From: an uncultured Bacilli bacterium
GTDB taxonomy: Bacteria > Bacillota_I > Bacilli_A > RF39 > UBA660
NCBI GenBank assembly: GCA_934101495.1
Contig: CAKORG010000001.1
Span: forward strand, 8,214 to 72,213
DNA: 64,000 nucleotides
Direction: 5' to 3'
In this document: positions 21,014 to 29,525 of the stretch, one piece after another
Numbering within the stretch: the stretch's first letter is position 1
How the letters are laid out: each line of letters begins with the position of its first letter
Notes under the pieces: model-generated
Told to the model about the DNA's origin: nothing
The model's database searches: none
What the model saw: only the letters and a program-made list of their open reading frames with translations
Made by a program: the position numbers and the translations under genes

Positions 21014-21999
21014 TACATCAAATCCTTAAATAAACCATAAATATAGTTTTCTATATCAAATGGAATTAAATCTGTCATTTTTTCTCCGAGTCCTACAAAT
21101 TTAACAGGAATATTTACATCTTCCTTTATGGCAAGCACAATTCCGCCTTTAGCAGTTCCATCAAGTTTAGTTAAAACTATACCTGTGATATCAGTAATTT
21201 CTTTAAATGCTTTAGCTTGCATAATTCCATTTTGACCGGTTGTGGCATCAATTACAAGTAATGTTTCATGAGGTGCTCCGGGAATAATCTTGCCAATAAC
21301 TTTATTTATTTTTTCTAGTTCTTTCATTAAATTAACTTTATTATGAAGTCTACCTGCAGTATCAATTAAAACAATATCAGCGCCATCTTCTTTTGCTTTT
21401 AAAAGGCCATCATAAATAACTCCAGCAGGATCAGTATTTTCTTTACCATAAAATAAAGAATTAGTTCTATCTGCCCAAATTTTTAATTGTTCAACAGCTC
21501 CAGCTCTAAATGTATCACCTGCTATTAACATTATCTTTTTGCCTTCATTTTTATATTTATGGGCAAGTTTGGCAATTGTTGTGGTTTTACCTACTCCATT
21601 AACACCAACCATAAGTATAACTGTTGGTCCATCCTCAGCCATTTTTATTTTATCAGTTATAGATTCATTATTAACATATATTATAAAAAGTTCATCAACA
21701 ATAACTTCATTTAAATATTTAGTATCAGTTATATTTTCAGATTTTACTCTTTTTCTAAGTCTATCCATAAAATCCATAATGGTGTTAACACCAATATCAG
21801 CCATAATCAAAATATTTTCAAGTTCATCAAAATATTCATCATTTATTTTAGTATATTTAATACCAAGCATACTAAGTTTAGAAACAAATTCATTTCTTGA
21901 TTTTTCTAAACCTTCATCATATTTTTGTACATTTTCATCTTTTATTTCTATTTTTTCTTTTTTACTAATTATATTTTTTAATTTATCAAATAAGCCCAT
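21013..21999 (-). CDS. ftsY: signal recognition particle receptor FtsY
   Basis: 328 aa; NG domain with GVNGVGKTTTIAKLA, DTAGR, TKLDGTAKGG motifs. Confidence 0.92.
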   Translation of the reverse strand: MGLFDKLKNIISKKEKIEIKDENVQKYDEGLEKSRNEFVSKLSMLGIKYTKINDEYFDELENILIMADIGVNTIMDFMDRLRKRVKSENITDTKYLNEVIVDELFIIYVNNESITDKIKMAEDGPTVILMVGVNGVGKTTTIAKLAHKYKNEGKKIMLIAGDTFRAGAVEQLKIWADRTNSLFYGKENTDPAGVIYDGLLKAKEDGADIVLIDTAGRLHNKVNLMKELEKINKVIGKIIPGAPHETLLVIDATTGQNGIMQAKAFKEITDITGIVLTKLDGTAKGGIVLAIKEDVNIPVKFVGLGEKMTDLIPFDIENYIYGLFKDLM

Positions 22000-22025
22000 T
22001 ATAATTACCCTCCTTATTAATTATA

Positions 22026-22059
22026 GCAAAAAAACTATTCTAATGCAATTTAGAATAGT
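22026..22059 (-). terminator. rho-independent terminator downstream of the HerA-like gene (10-bp stem ACTATTCTAA/TTAGAATAGT, T7 on the minus strand)
   Basis: Hairpin at 22034..22059 with an adjacent A-run 22027..22033 on the plus strand. Confidence 0.6.
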
Positions 22060-22065
22060 CTTAAA

Positions 22066-23802
22066 TTAAAACCAAATGTTTTTAACATTAACACTTGTAC
22101 TTTCTGGAATTGGATTTGGAAGTTCAAAATTAACTAATGTCGGTATTTTAAAACCTACCCCGAACACAAATGCAGCTCCTGGTGATAACGATTTAATTTG
22201 CTCAATATTAGCCATTGATACATTGGTGCTCATTGTTCTTACAATCTCTAAGTCTGCTGGGTGAAATACTCTGAATACTATAAAGTTTGCACATTGACTT
22301 AAAGAAGTCGTAGAAAGTTCACTAGGTCTTTGCGTAATAAATGTAAGAAGTGTTCCATATTTTCTTCCTTCTTTAGTAATTCTATCAAATATGCTATAAC
22401 CAATTACATTTATATCATTATCATTTTGCACATATCTATGCGCTTCTTCCAAAATAATATTGAATGACAAGCTACCTCTTTTTTCTAATGAAGTTGTATA
22501 ATTAAATAAAAGTTTACTATATATTTTAGTTAGTACTTTAGCAAAATCGTCATCAATATCGCTTAAATCTATATTTACTAAATTATTTTTAATAAACATA
22601 TCTCTTATAAATTCTTCTTTTCCAATATATTCATCAACATTAAATATGTGTTTAGTGTCACTATTTATTATACTTTGAAGTCTTGTTTTTAAAATATTCA
22701 TCTCTTTATAAATTATATCATTATTAATCGTTCCTTCACTAATAAGAGAAAATTCTAGAGCACTATATAAATCTTCAAGAGAATAACACATAGCATCTAC
22801 AATATCTATGCTTTCTAAATCTACATTTTCAAATTGTTGTAAAAACTTCATAACTTCGAAAATTGCATTCATTTTTCCAGAATCATCAATTAAAAGACAT
22901 TGCCTAAATGTTCTGTCATAGCCTGGTTGGTGTATAGTTGAATCAAGATTTAAATCTTCAGTATTATAATGAGTTAAAACTGCAATTACTTGGTCCCTGA
23001 TAGTACTCGATGATCTTCCACTTGTTAATATATCCACCAAACATTTAGCTATGATATCGTTTTTATATCTTTTAATTTCTGGGGTATTACTTTTAAATAT
23101 TTTAACTAATTTTAACGATTTTTTTAAAACTGGTAATTGATCCGGACTAGAAACTCGAAGTAATAATGCTAGATCATCAACATCTAAAAACCATGCTGGA
23201 AACTTCAGTTGAGCTTCTTTATCTTTTTTAGGTTTATTTGAAAAACTAGCAAAATTTAAACCTAAATTTTTTATATTTTTAAATGTTTCTACATATTCAC
23301 CATAGGCATCAAATAAAACTATGTGAGAATTTATGGGTTTGTTTATAAAAAATAAATTTTGAAGAATTCTAGCTACTCCACAAGATTTACCAGAACCAGT
23401 GTTGCCAATTACAGCTAAGTGATTTGCAAATATATCATTTAAAGAAACGGACACATTAAATTTTTTATATATGGCTGAGGATCCCAGTAATAGAAAGTCT
23501 TTTTGAATTTCATTTTTTCCTATGATAAGTTCAAGTTCTTCTTTATATATAACTCTAACTGGGGCTATACCACTAGGTTTCTTGACTATACCAGCATTAA
23601 ATTTGTTATTTATTATTTCACCAACTAAAAGTATTTTGGCTTCTACTTCATCTATATATATTACTTCACCAACTATTTTTCTACTATCTTCCAGAAAAAT
23701 AACGTGACATGCAATTAAACTAGATATGGCTTTTCCAGATATATTTTCAATTGTAACTTCATTGTTATTTATCCTTTTTATCTTACCAAACATAACAACC
23801 AT
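22066..23802 (-). CDS. HerA-like P-loop ATPase (HAS-barrel + DUF87/FtsK-HerA superfamily), standalone
   Basis: 578 aa; N-terminal barrel-like region, Walker A AVIGNTGSGKSCGV, Walker B/sensor region IILEEAHRYV, arginine-finger region FITQRPSEL; monocistronic with its own terminator. Confidence 0.7.
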   Translation of the reverse strand: MVVMFGKIKRINNNEVTIENISGKAISSLIACHVIFLEDSRKIVGEVIYIDEVEAKILLVGEIINNKFNAGIVKKPSGIAPVRVIYKEELELIIGKNEIQKDFLLLGSSAIYKKFNVSVSLNDIFANHLAVIGNTGSGKSCGVARILQNLFFINKPINSHIVLFDAYGEYVETFKNIKNLGLNFASFSNKPKKDKEAQLKFPAWFLDVDDLALLLRVSSPDQLPVLKKSLKLVKIFKSNTPEIKRYKNDIIAKCLVDILTSGRSSSTIRDQVIAVLTHYNTEDLNLDSTIHQPGYDRTFRQCLLIDDSGKMNAIFEVMKFLQQFENVDLESIDIVDAMCYSLEDLYSALEFSLISEGTINNDIIYKEMNILKTRLQSIINSDTKHIFNVDEYIGKEEFIRDMFIKNNLVNIDLSDIDDDFAKVLTKIYSKLLFNYTTSLEKRGSLSFNIILEEAHRYVQNDNDINVIGYSIFDRITKEGRKYGTLLTFITQRPSELSTTSLSQCANFIVFRVFHPADLEIVRTMSTNVSMANIEQIKSLSPGAAFVFGVGFKIPTLVNFELPNPIPESTSVNVKNIWF

Positions 23803-23865
23803 TCCTATTCTTTATTTAAGTATAACATTTATTCTAAAAATTAACAATTATTTTATGTAAATACC

Positions 23866-23894
23866 TTGCATTATGGGTAACTTTTTGATATAAT
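23866..23894 (+). promoter_or_regulatory. strong sigma-A promoter for tRNA-Lys: -35 TTGCAT, 17 bp, extended -10 TGaTATAAT
   Basis: TTGCAT 23866..23871; TATAAT 23889..23894 preceded by TG at 23886..23887. Confidence 0.6.
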
Positions 23895-23932
23895 CTATTT
23901 GTTGTTTGAATTAAAACAATAAACATTGAAAT

Positions 23933-24008
23933 GGGCTGTTAGCTCAGTTGGTAGAGCAATTGACTCTTAATCAATGGGTCTAGGGTTCGAATCCCTAACA
24001 GCCCACCA
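23933..24008 (+). tRNA. tRNA-Lys (anticodon CUU), CCA encoded
   Basis: 76-nt cloverleaf: acceptor GGGCTGT/ACAGCCC, D arm GCTC-AGTTGGTA-GAGC, anticodon stem ATTGA/TCAAT with loop CTCTTAA (U33, anticodon CTT, A37), T arm TAGGG-TTCGAAT-CCCTA, discriminator A + CCA. Confidence 0.85.
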
Positions 24009-24024
24009 TTGAAAGTCTTATAAA

Positions 24025-24056
24025 ATCTAGAAGAAATCATTCTTCTAGATTTTTTA
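24025..24056 (+). terminator. rho-independent terminator after the tRNA (11-bp stem ATCTAGAAGAA/TTCTTCTAGAT + T5)
   Basis: Hairpin seen directly. Confidence 0.7.
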
Positions 24057-24086
24057 TTATTTAACTTTTAATAAAAAAAGCAATAG

Positions 24087-25565
24087 CTAAATTACTATTG
24101 CAATTAAAGTATTTGAACCTTTATTTACTATTTTAGAAACTGTGTCTTTAAGTTTATATCTTGTATTATCTGGCATCATGCTAAGTTTTGCTTGAATACC
24201 TTCTTGGACAATTGCTTCTAAACTTCTACCAAATATTTCACTTTTCCAAATACTTGATGCATCATTTTCATAATCTTTCATTAATCTATCAATTAATTCT
24301 TTAGATTGAAGTTCACTACCTATTATTGGTTCAAAAGTCGACTCGACATCTACTTTTAACATGTGAATACTTGATGCAACAGCTTTAAGTTTTACCCCAT
24401 ATCTGCTTCCTTGTTTTACAAGTTCAGGTGTTTGAAGTTTTAATTCTTTTATTCCAGGATATACTATTCCATAACCAGTACTTTTGGCCATTTTTATAGC
24501 TCCTCTTAAAGAATCCATTTCTTCTTTATCTTCTTTATAATTAGCAAATATTTTTAAAAGTCCTGCTTTAGTAGTTACCATATCTCCCATTAAAGATTTA
24601 AGTGTTTGAGTGTAAAGTTCATTTGAACTTTCTAATGTTATTGTAACAGTTCCCGTGGATGCATCTAATTCCGATATAAAGGAGTTAGATATGTATTCTG
24701 AATCACTGAAATGTTCCAATATATAGTCTACATCTTTAACTTTTTCAACACTGATTACACTTTCTTTAATCTTTTCTAAATAATGCATTTTGATTTCATT
24801 ATTACTTGGTAATACATTTACCCACTCTGGCACTTTAACCTTTATATCTAAAACTGGGAATTCATATAGTGCTGTTTTAAGTATTTCCATTATCTCTTTT
24901 TCATTCATTAATTCTGCACTTATTGGCATTACTGGCACATCATAGGTATCACTTAAGTTTCTTGCTAGTTCTTGTGTTTCAGTATTAGTTGGGTGAATAC
25001 TATTTAGAATAACTATGAAAGGTTTTCCAATAGTTTTTAATTCACTTACAACTTTTTCTTCTGCATCGAGATAAGATTCCCTTTTGATTTCACCGAATGA
25101 ACCATCTGTTGTAACAACAATCCCTATTGTTGCATGATCTTTGATAACCTTCTCTGTTCCTATTTCGGCCGCTTCAACAAAGGGAATCGCATCCTCGAAC
25201 CATGGACTTTTTACCATCCTTGGATTTCCTTCTTCATCAACAAAACCATTAGCTTCAGGAATGACATAACCTACACAATCAACTAACTTGATGCTTGTTT
25301 CGAATTCGCCGACTTTGATTGAGGCCCCATTACTTGGGACAAATTTAGGTTCAGTTGTCATGATAGTTTTACCTTGTGCACTTTGAGGTATTTCATCTAA
25401 ACATCTTTTCTTTTCATATTCATCTGTTATATTTGGTACAACTAGATTTTCTATGAATCGTTTAATGAATGTTGATTTACCTGTACGAACAGCTCCAACT
25501 ACTCCTAAGTAGATTTCACCATCCCCGCGCTTTGCTATTGATGATATAATTTTTTCTTTTTCCAT
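24087..25565 (-). CDS. spoIVA: stage IV sporulation protein A (spore coat morphogenetic ATPase)
   Basis: Very strong similarity across the full length to B. subtilis SpoIVA (GDGEIYLGVVGAVRTGKSTFIKRF..., QGSRYGVKLKAVASSIHMLKVDVES..., C-terminal GSNTLIAIVI). Start revised to the second ATG 25565 (MEKEKIISSIAKRGDG, matching the SpoIVA N-terminus MEKVDIFKDIAERTGG); the track start at 25583 is too close to the predicted promoter. Confidence 0.9.
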   Translation of the reverse strand: MEKEKIISSIAKRGDGEIYLGVVGAVRTGKSTFIKRFIENLVVPNITDEYEKKRCLDEIPQSAQGKTIMTTEPKFVPSNGASIKVGEFETSIKLVDCVGYVIPEANGFVDEEGNPRMVKSPWFEDAIPFVEAAEIGTEKVIKDHATIGIVVTTDGSFGEIKRESYLDAEEKVVSELKTIGKPFIVILNSIHPTNTETQELARNLSDTYDVPVMPISAELMNEKEIMEILKTALYEFPVLDIKVKVPEWVNVLPSNNEIKMHYLEKIKESVISVEKVKDVDYILEHFSDSEYISNSFISELDASTGTVTITLESSNELYTQTLKSLMGDMVTTKAGLLKIFANYKEDKEEMDSLRGAIKMAKSTGYGIVYPGIKELKLQTPELVKQGSRYGVKLKAVASSIHMLKVDVESTFEPIIGSELQSKELIDRLMKDYENDASSIWKSEIFGRSLEAIVQEGIQAKLSMMPDNTRYKLKDTVSKIVNKGSNTLIAIVI

Positions 25566-25595
25566 TAATCCACCATCTTTCATTTTTCTATTCTA

Positions 25596-25624
25596 ATCGT
25601 ATGATATGTGGGTAGATTTTATTC
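25596..25624 (-). promoter_or_regulatory. candidate sigma-E-type (mother-cell) promoter of spoIVA: -35 GAATAAA, 14-bp spacer, -10 CATACGAT
   Basis: Minus-strand sequence GGAATAAAatctacccacatatCATACGAT about 30 nt upstream of ATG 25565; resembles the B. subtilis sigma-E consensus (xxATAxx-N14-CATACAxT). Confidence 0.35.
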
Positions 25625-25837
25625 CTACAATTAGTTTAATGGTGGATTAATAGAAATGTTGCAATATTCTAAGATGATTTTTTGCACTACAAAAGCTTAA
25701 TATATTATATATGTTAAACACAAACATCTCATAGTTCCTACACTATTAAATTGACTGTTGTTGAATACCAATTACAACCTCTATAAATTGTATATGCTCT
25801 TATAGTTTTTTGATTTGATAGCACCTCAGAGCCTATA

Positions 25838-26692
25838 CTATGCTGTGTATCCAAGTTTGATTGATACTCCTCGCATGTTATCATAATCATTTTGAACAGC
25901 TGTGGCAAAATTAATAACTTTACCATAACCATTGTGACTTATTGTGTATGATTTTGATTGTGCGAGTGTAACTGCTGTCATTGCATGTTGATAGCTACCA
26001 TATACTGTAGCCCACTGAGATGTTGCAGTTACAATTGCTTGAATTTCACATGTAAACCCACTTGCGGCATCTACTAGATTCATTGATATACCAAAACCAT
26101 TTGAACTTAAAACCATATTTGTTCCTTGATATGAGTAATTTACTGCGTCTGTTATTCCATTTGTTGTATAAAATTGTACACCACTTTGAGTTCCAGAACT
26201 GATTGTTGCATCATCAACTCTCATTGCCATTACATCATAAGATTTTACTCGTGGATTTATTAACCAGTTATTAGTTACATAAATAAGATAAGTATTAGTT
26301 CCAGTTTGTGAAGTATAAATTTCAATATTTTTATATGATGTTGTATGATAAGTAGCCGCTGGGGATATGTTATTCTCTGTCTCTGCTGCCGTTATTGCTT
26401 CTTCTTTGCTGACCTCTGTTGTAATCGTTCCATTTGTTGTCTCTGTAACCTTATAGTACTTACTTACTTTGTTGCTGTGTTCTAAATCATAACTTAAATA
26501 TCTTGCTGCTTCTTCATCACTCATAAAAGATATTCGTGTATCTGAAAATACGTTTCTAAGTCTTGCATATTCCTCATCTGTTAGATTTGCTGCTTTTACA
26601 TTAGTTGAAATAATCATAACTAACAGAAATGAAATAGTCATAATAATTTTTTTCAGCTGTTCAAGTGCACCTCCTCTCTGTTCCACATTCAT
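25838..26692 (-). CDS. secreted beta-rich protein of unknown function (relatively GC-rich gene)
   Basis: 284 aa; signal peptide ...KKIIMTISFLLVMIISTNVKA; mature protein rich in Thr/Ser/Tyr/Gly with alternating polar/apolar stretches; local GC about 36-40% versus under 25% in the neighbouring gene. Confidence 0.5.
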   Translation of the reverse strand: MNVEQRGGALEQLKKIIMTISFLLVMIISTNVKAANLTDEEYARLRNVFSDTRISFMSDEEAARYLSYDLEHSNKVSKYYKVTETTNGTITTEVSKEEAITAAETENNISPAATYHTTSYKNIEIYTSQTGTNTYLIYVTNNWLINPRVKSYDVMAMRVDDATISSGTQSGVQFYTTNGITDAVNYSYQGTNMVLSSNGFGISMNLVDAASGFTCEIQAIVTATSQWATVYGSYQHAMTAVTLAQSKSYTISHNGYGKVINFATAVQNDYDNMRGVSIKLGYTA

Positions 26693-26749
26693 CGTATCAG
26701 ATTATGTCGAAAAAGGAAATAGAAAATCGCGGGAGTTGCATTTCTCGTT

Positions 26750-27964
26750 TTAGAGAACACTCATTATTTCGTTATAAACACTGAGAATGTAGTCAATTTC
26801 TTTTTTGTTATTTTTGCATGTTTCAGTTACACAAGAATATGTTTTCGATTGTAAAAAATATTGAACATTGTAAATTATTTTGCCTTTATCTTCCGAAACA
26901 AGAAATGTAACTGTGTTTCTATCTACTACATATCTAGTTGTATATTTCAAACCATTATCTAATCTTTCTTTTTTTATAATCCTTGAACTTGGCTTATATT
27001 CAATAATACCACCATCTTCATCTATTTTATTATATGTTTCAGTTCCCTCATCATAAGTAAAACCTAAACTTTCTAATTTATTGATACTATTATTATTTTC
27101 TACTACTTGTTTTGTACTATCCTCATTATAATCATTTTCTTTGAGCACTAAAAAAGGATTTTGTAGTCCCAAATCCTCTATGCCTTTATTTTGTTCTTTG
27201 ATGTATTCTTTATAACAAAGTTTATTGTTATTCAACTTTTGTTTTAGTATTAATTTGCTTTCATAAGAATAATTATTGTTATCTATATCAGTTGTATAAA
27301 TTTTAATATATAAATTGTTCTTGATGTTTTCAATTACATCTTTTTTTAATAAATCTGTATAGGATTTGCTTTCCTCTATATAAATGTTGTCAAGTGAATT
27401 ACTTTCAAAAATGACATGTTTGTCACCATTCAAATATGTATATAATTCTAGTTTAATACTTGTTGGTTCATAGTTTATTTTCTCTAAATTAATGTTGTTG
27501 ATAGTTATTATATTTAATACTTTTGTTTTGAAGAAATAACCATCATCGAAAGTAATATTTTCACTTTCATAAGTTAAATTGTAAATTCTTATTGTATTAT
27601 AATTATTAATAAAGTAAGCTAGTAATAGTATAAATGTTACTATAAAACCTATCAAAAATATGTGATTTAAAATATAGTTTAAGATATGTCCTAGTTTTCT
27701 TTTTAAATTTTGGAGTATATCTTTGTAGTTTTTCTCGGATTTTACTATAGAGTCTGGAGATATTTTTAACTCTTTACATAATTTCTTTATTGTTTCGAGA
27801 TCTGGTACTGTTGAACCGTTTTCCCATTTAGAAATAGTTCTATCGGATACACCAATTAAATCGGCGAGTTCTTTTTGAGTAATATCTCTTTCCTTTCTAA
27901 TATTGTAAATTGTGTTTGCAAAATCTGTGCATTTTACTTCTGTTGTCTTATTTGTCCTTTTCAT
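26750..27964 (-). CDS. membrane-tethered XRE-family transcriptional regulator (N-terminal HTH, one TM, about 280-aa extracytoplasmic domain)
   Basis: 404 aa; HTH TQKELADLIGVSDRTISKWENGSTVPDLETIKKLCKELKIS; TM HIFLIGFIVTFILLLAYFI; large C-terminal domain of unknown fold. Confidence 0.7.
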   Translation of the reverse strand: MKRTNKTTEVKCTDFANTIYNIRKERDITQKELADLIGVSDRTISKWENGSTVPDLETIKKLCKELKISPDSIVKSEKNYKDILQNLKRKLGHILNYILNHIFLIGFIVTFILLLAYFINNYNTIRIYNLTYESENITFDDGYFFKTKVLNIITINNINLEKINYEPTSIKLELYTYLNGDKHVIFESNSLDNIYIEESKSYTDLLKKDVIENIKNNLYIKIYTTDIDNNNYSYESKLILKQKLNNNKLCYKEYIKEQNKGIEDLGLQNPFLVLKENDYNEDSTKQVVENNNSINKLESLGFTYDEGTETYNKIDEDGGIIEYKPSSRIIKKERLDNGLKYTTRYVVDRNTVTFLVSEDKGKIIYNVQYFLQSKTYSCVTETCKNNKKEIDYILSVYNEIMSVL

Positions 27965-28014
27965 ATTTTCACCGTTTTCATTTTACCACATATTGGAAAA
28001 GAATGCACTACAAA

Positions 28015-28043
28015 TTGACAAATTTTTTAATGTTTATTATAAT
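28015..28043 (+). promoter_or_regulatory. consensus sigma-A promoter: -35 TTGACA, 17 bp, -10 TATAAT, for the serine-hydrolase gene
   Basis: TTGACA 28015..28020, TATAAT 28038..28043; RBS GGGGGA 28056..28061; ATG 28069. Confidence 0.65.
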
Positions 28044-28068
28044 ATGATTATCTTAGGGGGATAATAAG

Positions 28069-29514
28069 ATGAAATATATAATATATAAAAAATATTTAGA
28101 TACATTAATAAAAAATCAAAATGATACTAATATACCTTGTTTACAAGATATTTATACTAAAAAAGATTATGAGAAACTTCTTAAACCTGTCATGAAGATT
28201 ATAAAAGAAAATTCTTATGCTAGTTTGACTACACTTAGATTAAAACTATTTCTTCAAAGTGGATTAAAAGAAATAATTGATAATTTTGTTAAAGATACAC
28301 AAATTACTCCGGGGCTTATTTTAGACTTTGGAACTTTTAAAAATAGAGATACTGTAATATGTGGTAATAGACAAGAATATGTCATGAGAAACGGAATTTT
28401 AGTTAGGGAAGAATTACCTATGGAAAAGAATACTATTTTTGATTTAGCTTCTACTTCTAAAACTTTTACTGCAGTGGCAACATTAATACTTGCTGAGAAA
28501 AATTTAATTGATGTTTTTGATCCAGTTAATAAGTATGTACCTGAATTTAAAAATTTAGGAAATACAACGATTTATGATCTACTCAAATTTAGAGTTAGTG
28601 TTGCTACTCCGATTAGGGTTGACTCTGTTCAGGACAAAGATAAGGCCTTAGAAATATTATATCAAGCTTATCCAAGAGATGTTAACATTGAAAATGCCTA
28701 TACTGATATTGGGGCTATGATATTAAGAGTCTTAATTGAAAAAGTTACTAACATGAAATTTACAGATTTTGTAGAAACAGAAATATTAAAAAAATGTGGT
28801 ATGAACGATACTTTTTTAAATGTTCCATATTATAAATTAGATAGAGTTGCTAATGAAAATTATTCTACTATTATTACTCAGGATGGCAGTGCTATAACTA
28901 GATATGATAATGTTCCTGGTACTGTTCATGATCCTAAAGCTAATGCTATTGGTCAAAAAGAAGGTGTTGCTCCAGGTCATGCCGGATTTTTTTCCACTAA
29001 AGATGATATGATAAAACTTGCGGAAGCTTTAATTAACGAAGAATTAATATCAAAAAATAGTTTATTATCTATGAGCGATACAGAAACCGGATTTAAAGAT
29101 GATGATAAATATACTAGGTTTTATGGTTCATTAGTATATTTGAAGCAACCAGATCCTAAGTTTTTATCTGTTTACCCTCGTCTTTCAGGCCGTTCTTTTA
29201 TGTCACCTGGGTTTGCTGGAACACAGCTTGTTGTCGACCCTATTAATAAAATCACATTATTTGTGGGTTCACCTAGACTTCATAATAGAATATATCAAAT
29301 TCATAAAACACAAATGCAAAACATTAAAGTTGATGAACATAATAAAAAAACTTTTATAATGCCTGATGGAACTGAAAAAATAGTATGTAGCGATTATACT
29401 AAAGCTAAAGAAGTTCTTGTTACTTTAGCACTTGACTTAGCTATACAATATCAATTACTTGAAAATTTATATCCAAATCAAAAAGAAATGCATTTAGTTC
29501 GAGAACTAAATTAA
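28069..29514 (+). CDS. beta-lactamase-family serine hydrolase (class C / PBP4*-like / family VIII esterase type)
   Basis: 481 aa; SxxK active-site motif in LASTSKTFTAVA; beta-lactamase-fold sequence hallmarks. Confidence 0.75.
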   Translation: MKYIIYKKYLDTLIKNQNDTNIPCLQDIYTKKDYEKLLKPVMKIIKENSYASLTTLRLKLFLQSGLKEIIDNFVKDTQITPGLILDFGTFKNRDTVICGNRQEYVMRNGILVREELPMEKNTIFDLASTSKTFTAVATLILAEKNLIDVFDPVNKYVPEFKNLGNTTIYDLLKFRVSVATPIRVDSVQDKDKALEILYQAYPRDVNIENAYTDIGAMILRVLIEKVTNMKFTDFVETEILKKCGMNDTFLNVPYYKLDRVANENYSTIITQDGSAITRYDNVPGTVHDPKANAIGQKEGVAPGHAGFFSTKDDMIKLAEALINEELISKNSLLSMSDTETGFKDDDKYTRFYGSLVYLKQPDPKFLSVYPRLSGRSFMSPGFAGTQLVVDPINKITLFVGSPRLHNRIYQIHKTQMQNIKVDEHNKKTFIMPDGTEKIVCSDYTKAKEVLVTLALDLAIQYQLLENLYPNQKEMHLVRELN

Positions 29515-29525
29515 CATTTCTTTTT

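Noticed and set aside
23803-24086. tRNA-Lys as a possible integration site for a genomic island
   Set aside because: The gene 3' of the tRNA is core spoIVA and the 5' side is a chromosomal HerA-like gene with ftsY beyond. There are no integrase, direct repeats of the tRNA 3' end, or phage genes
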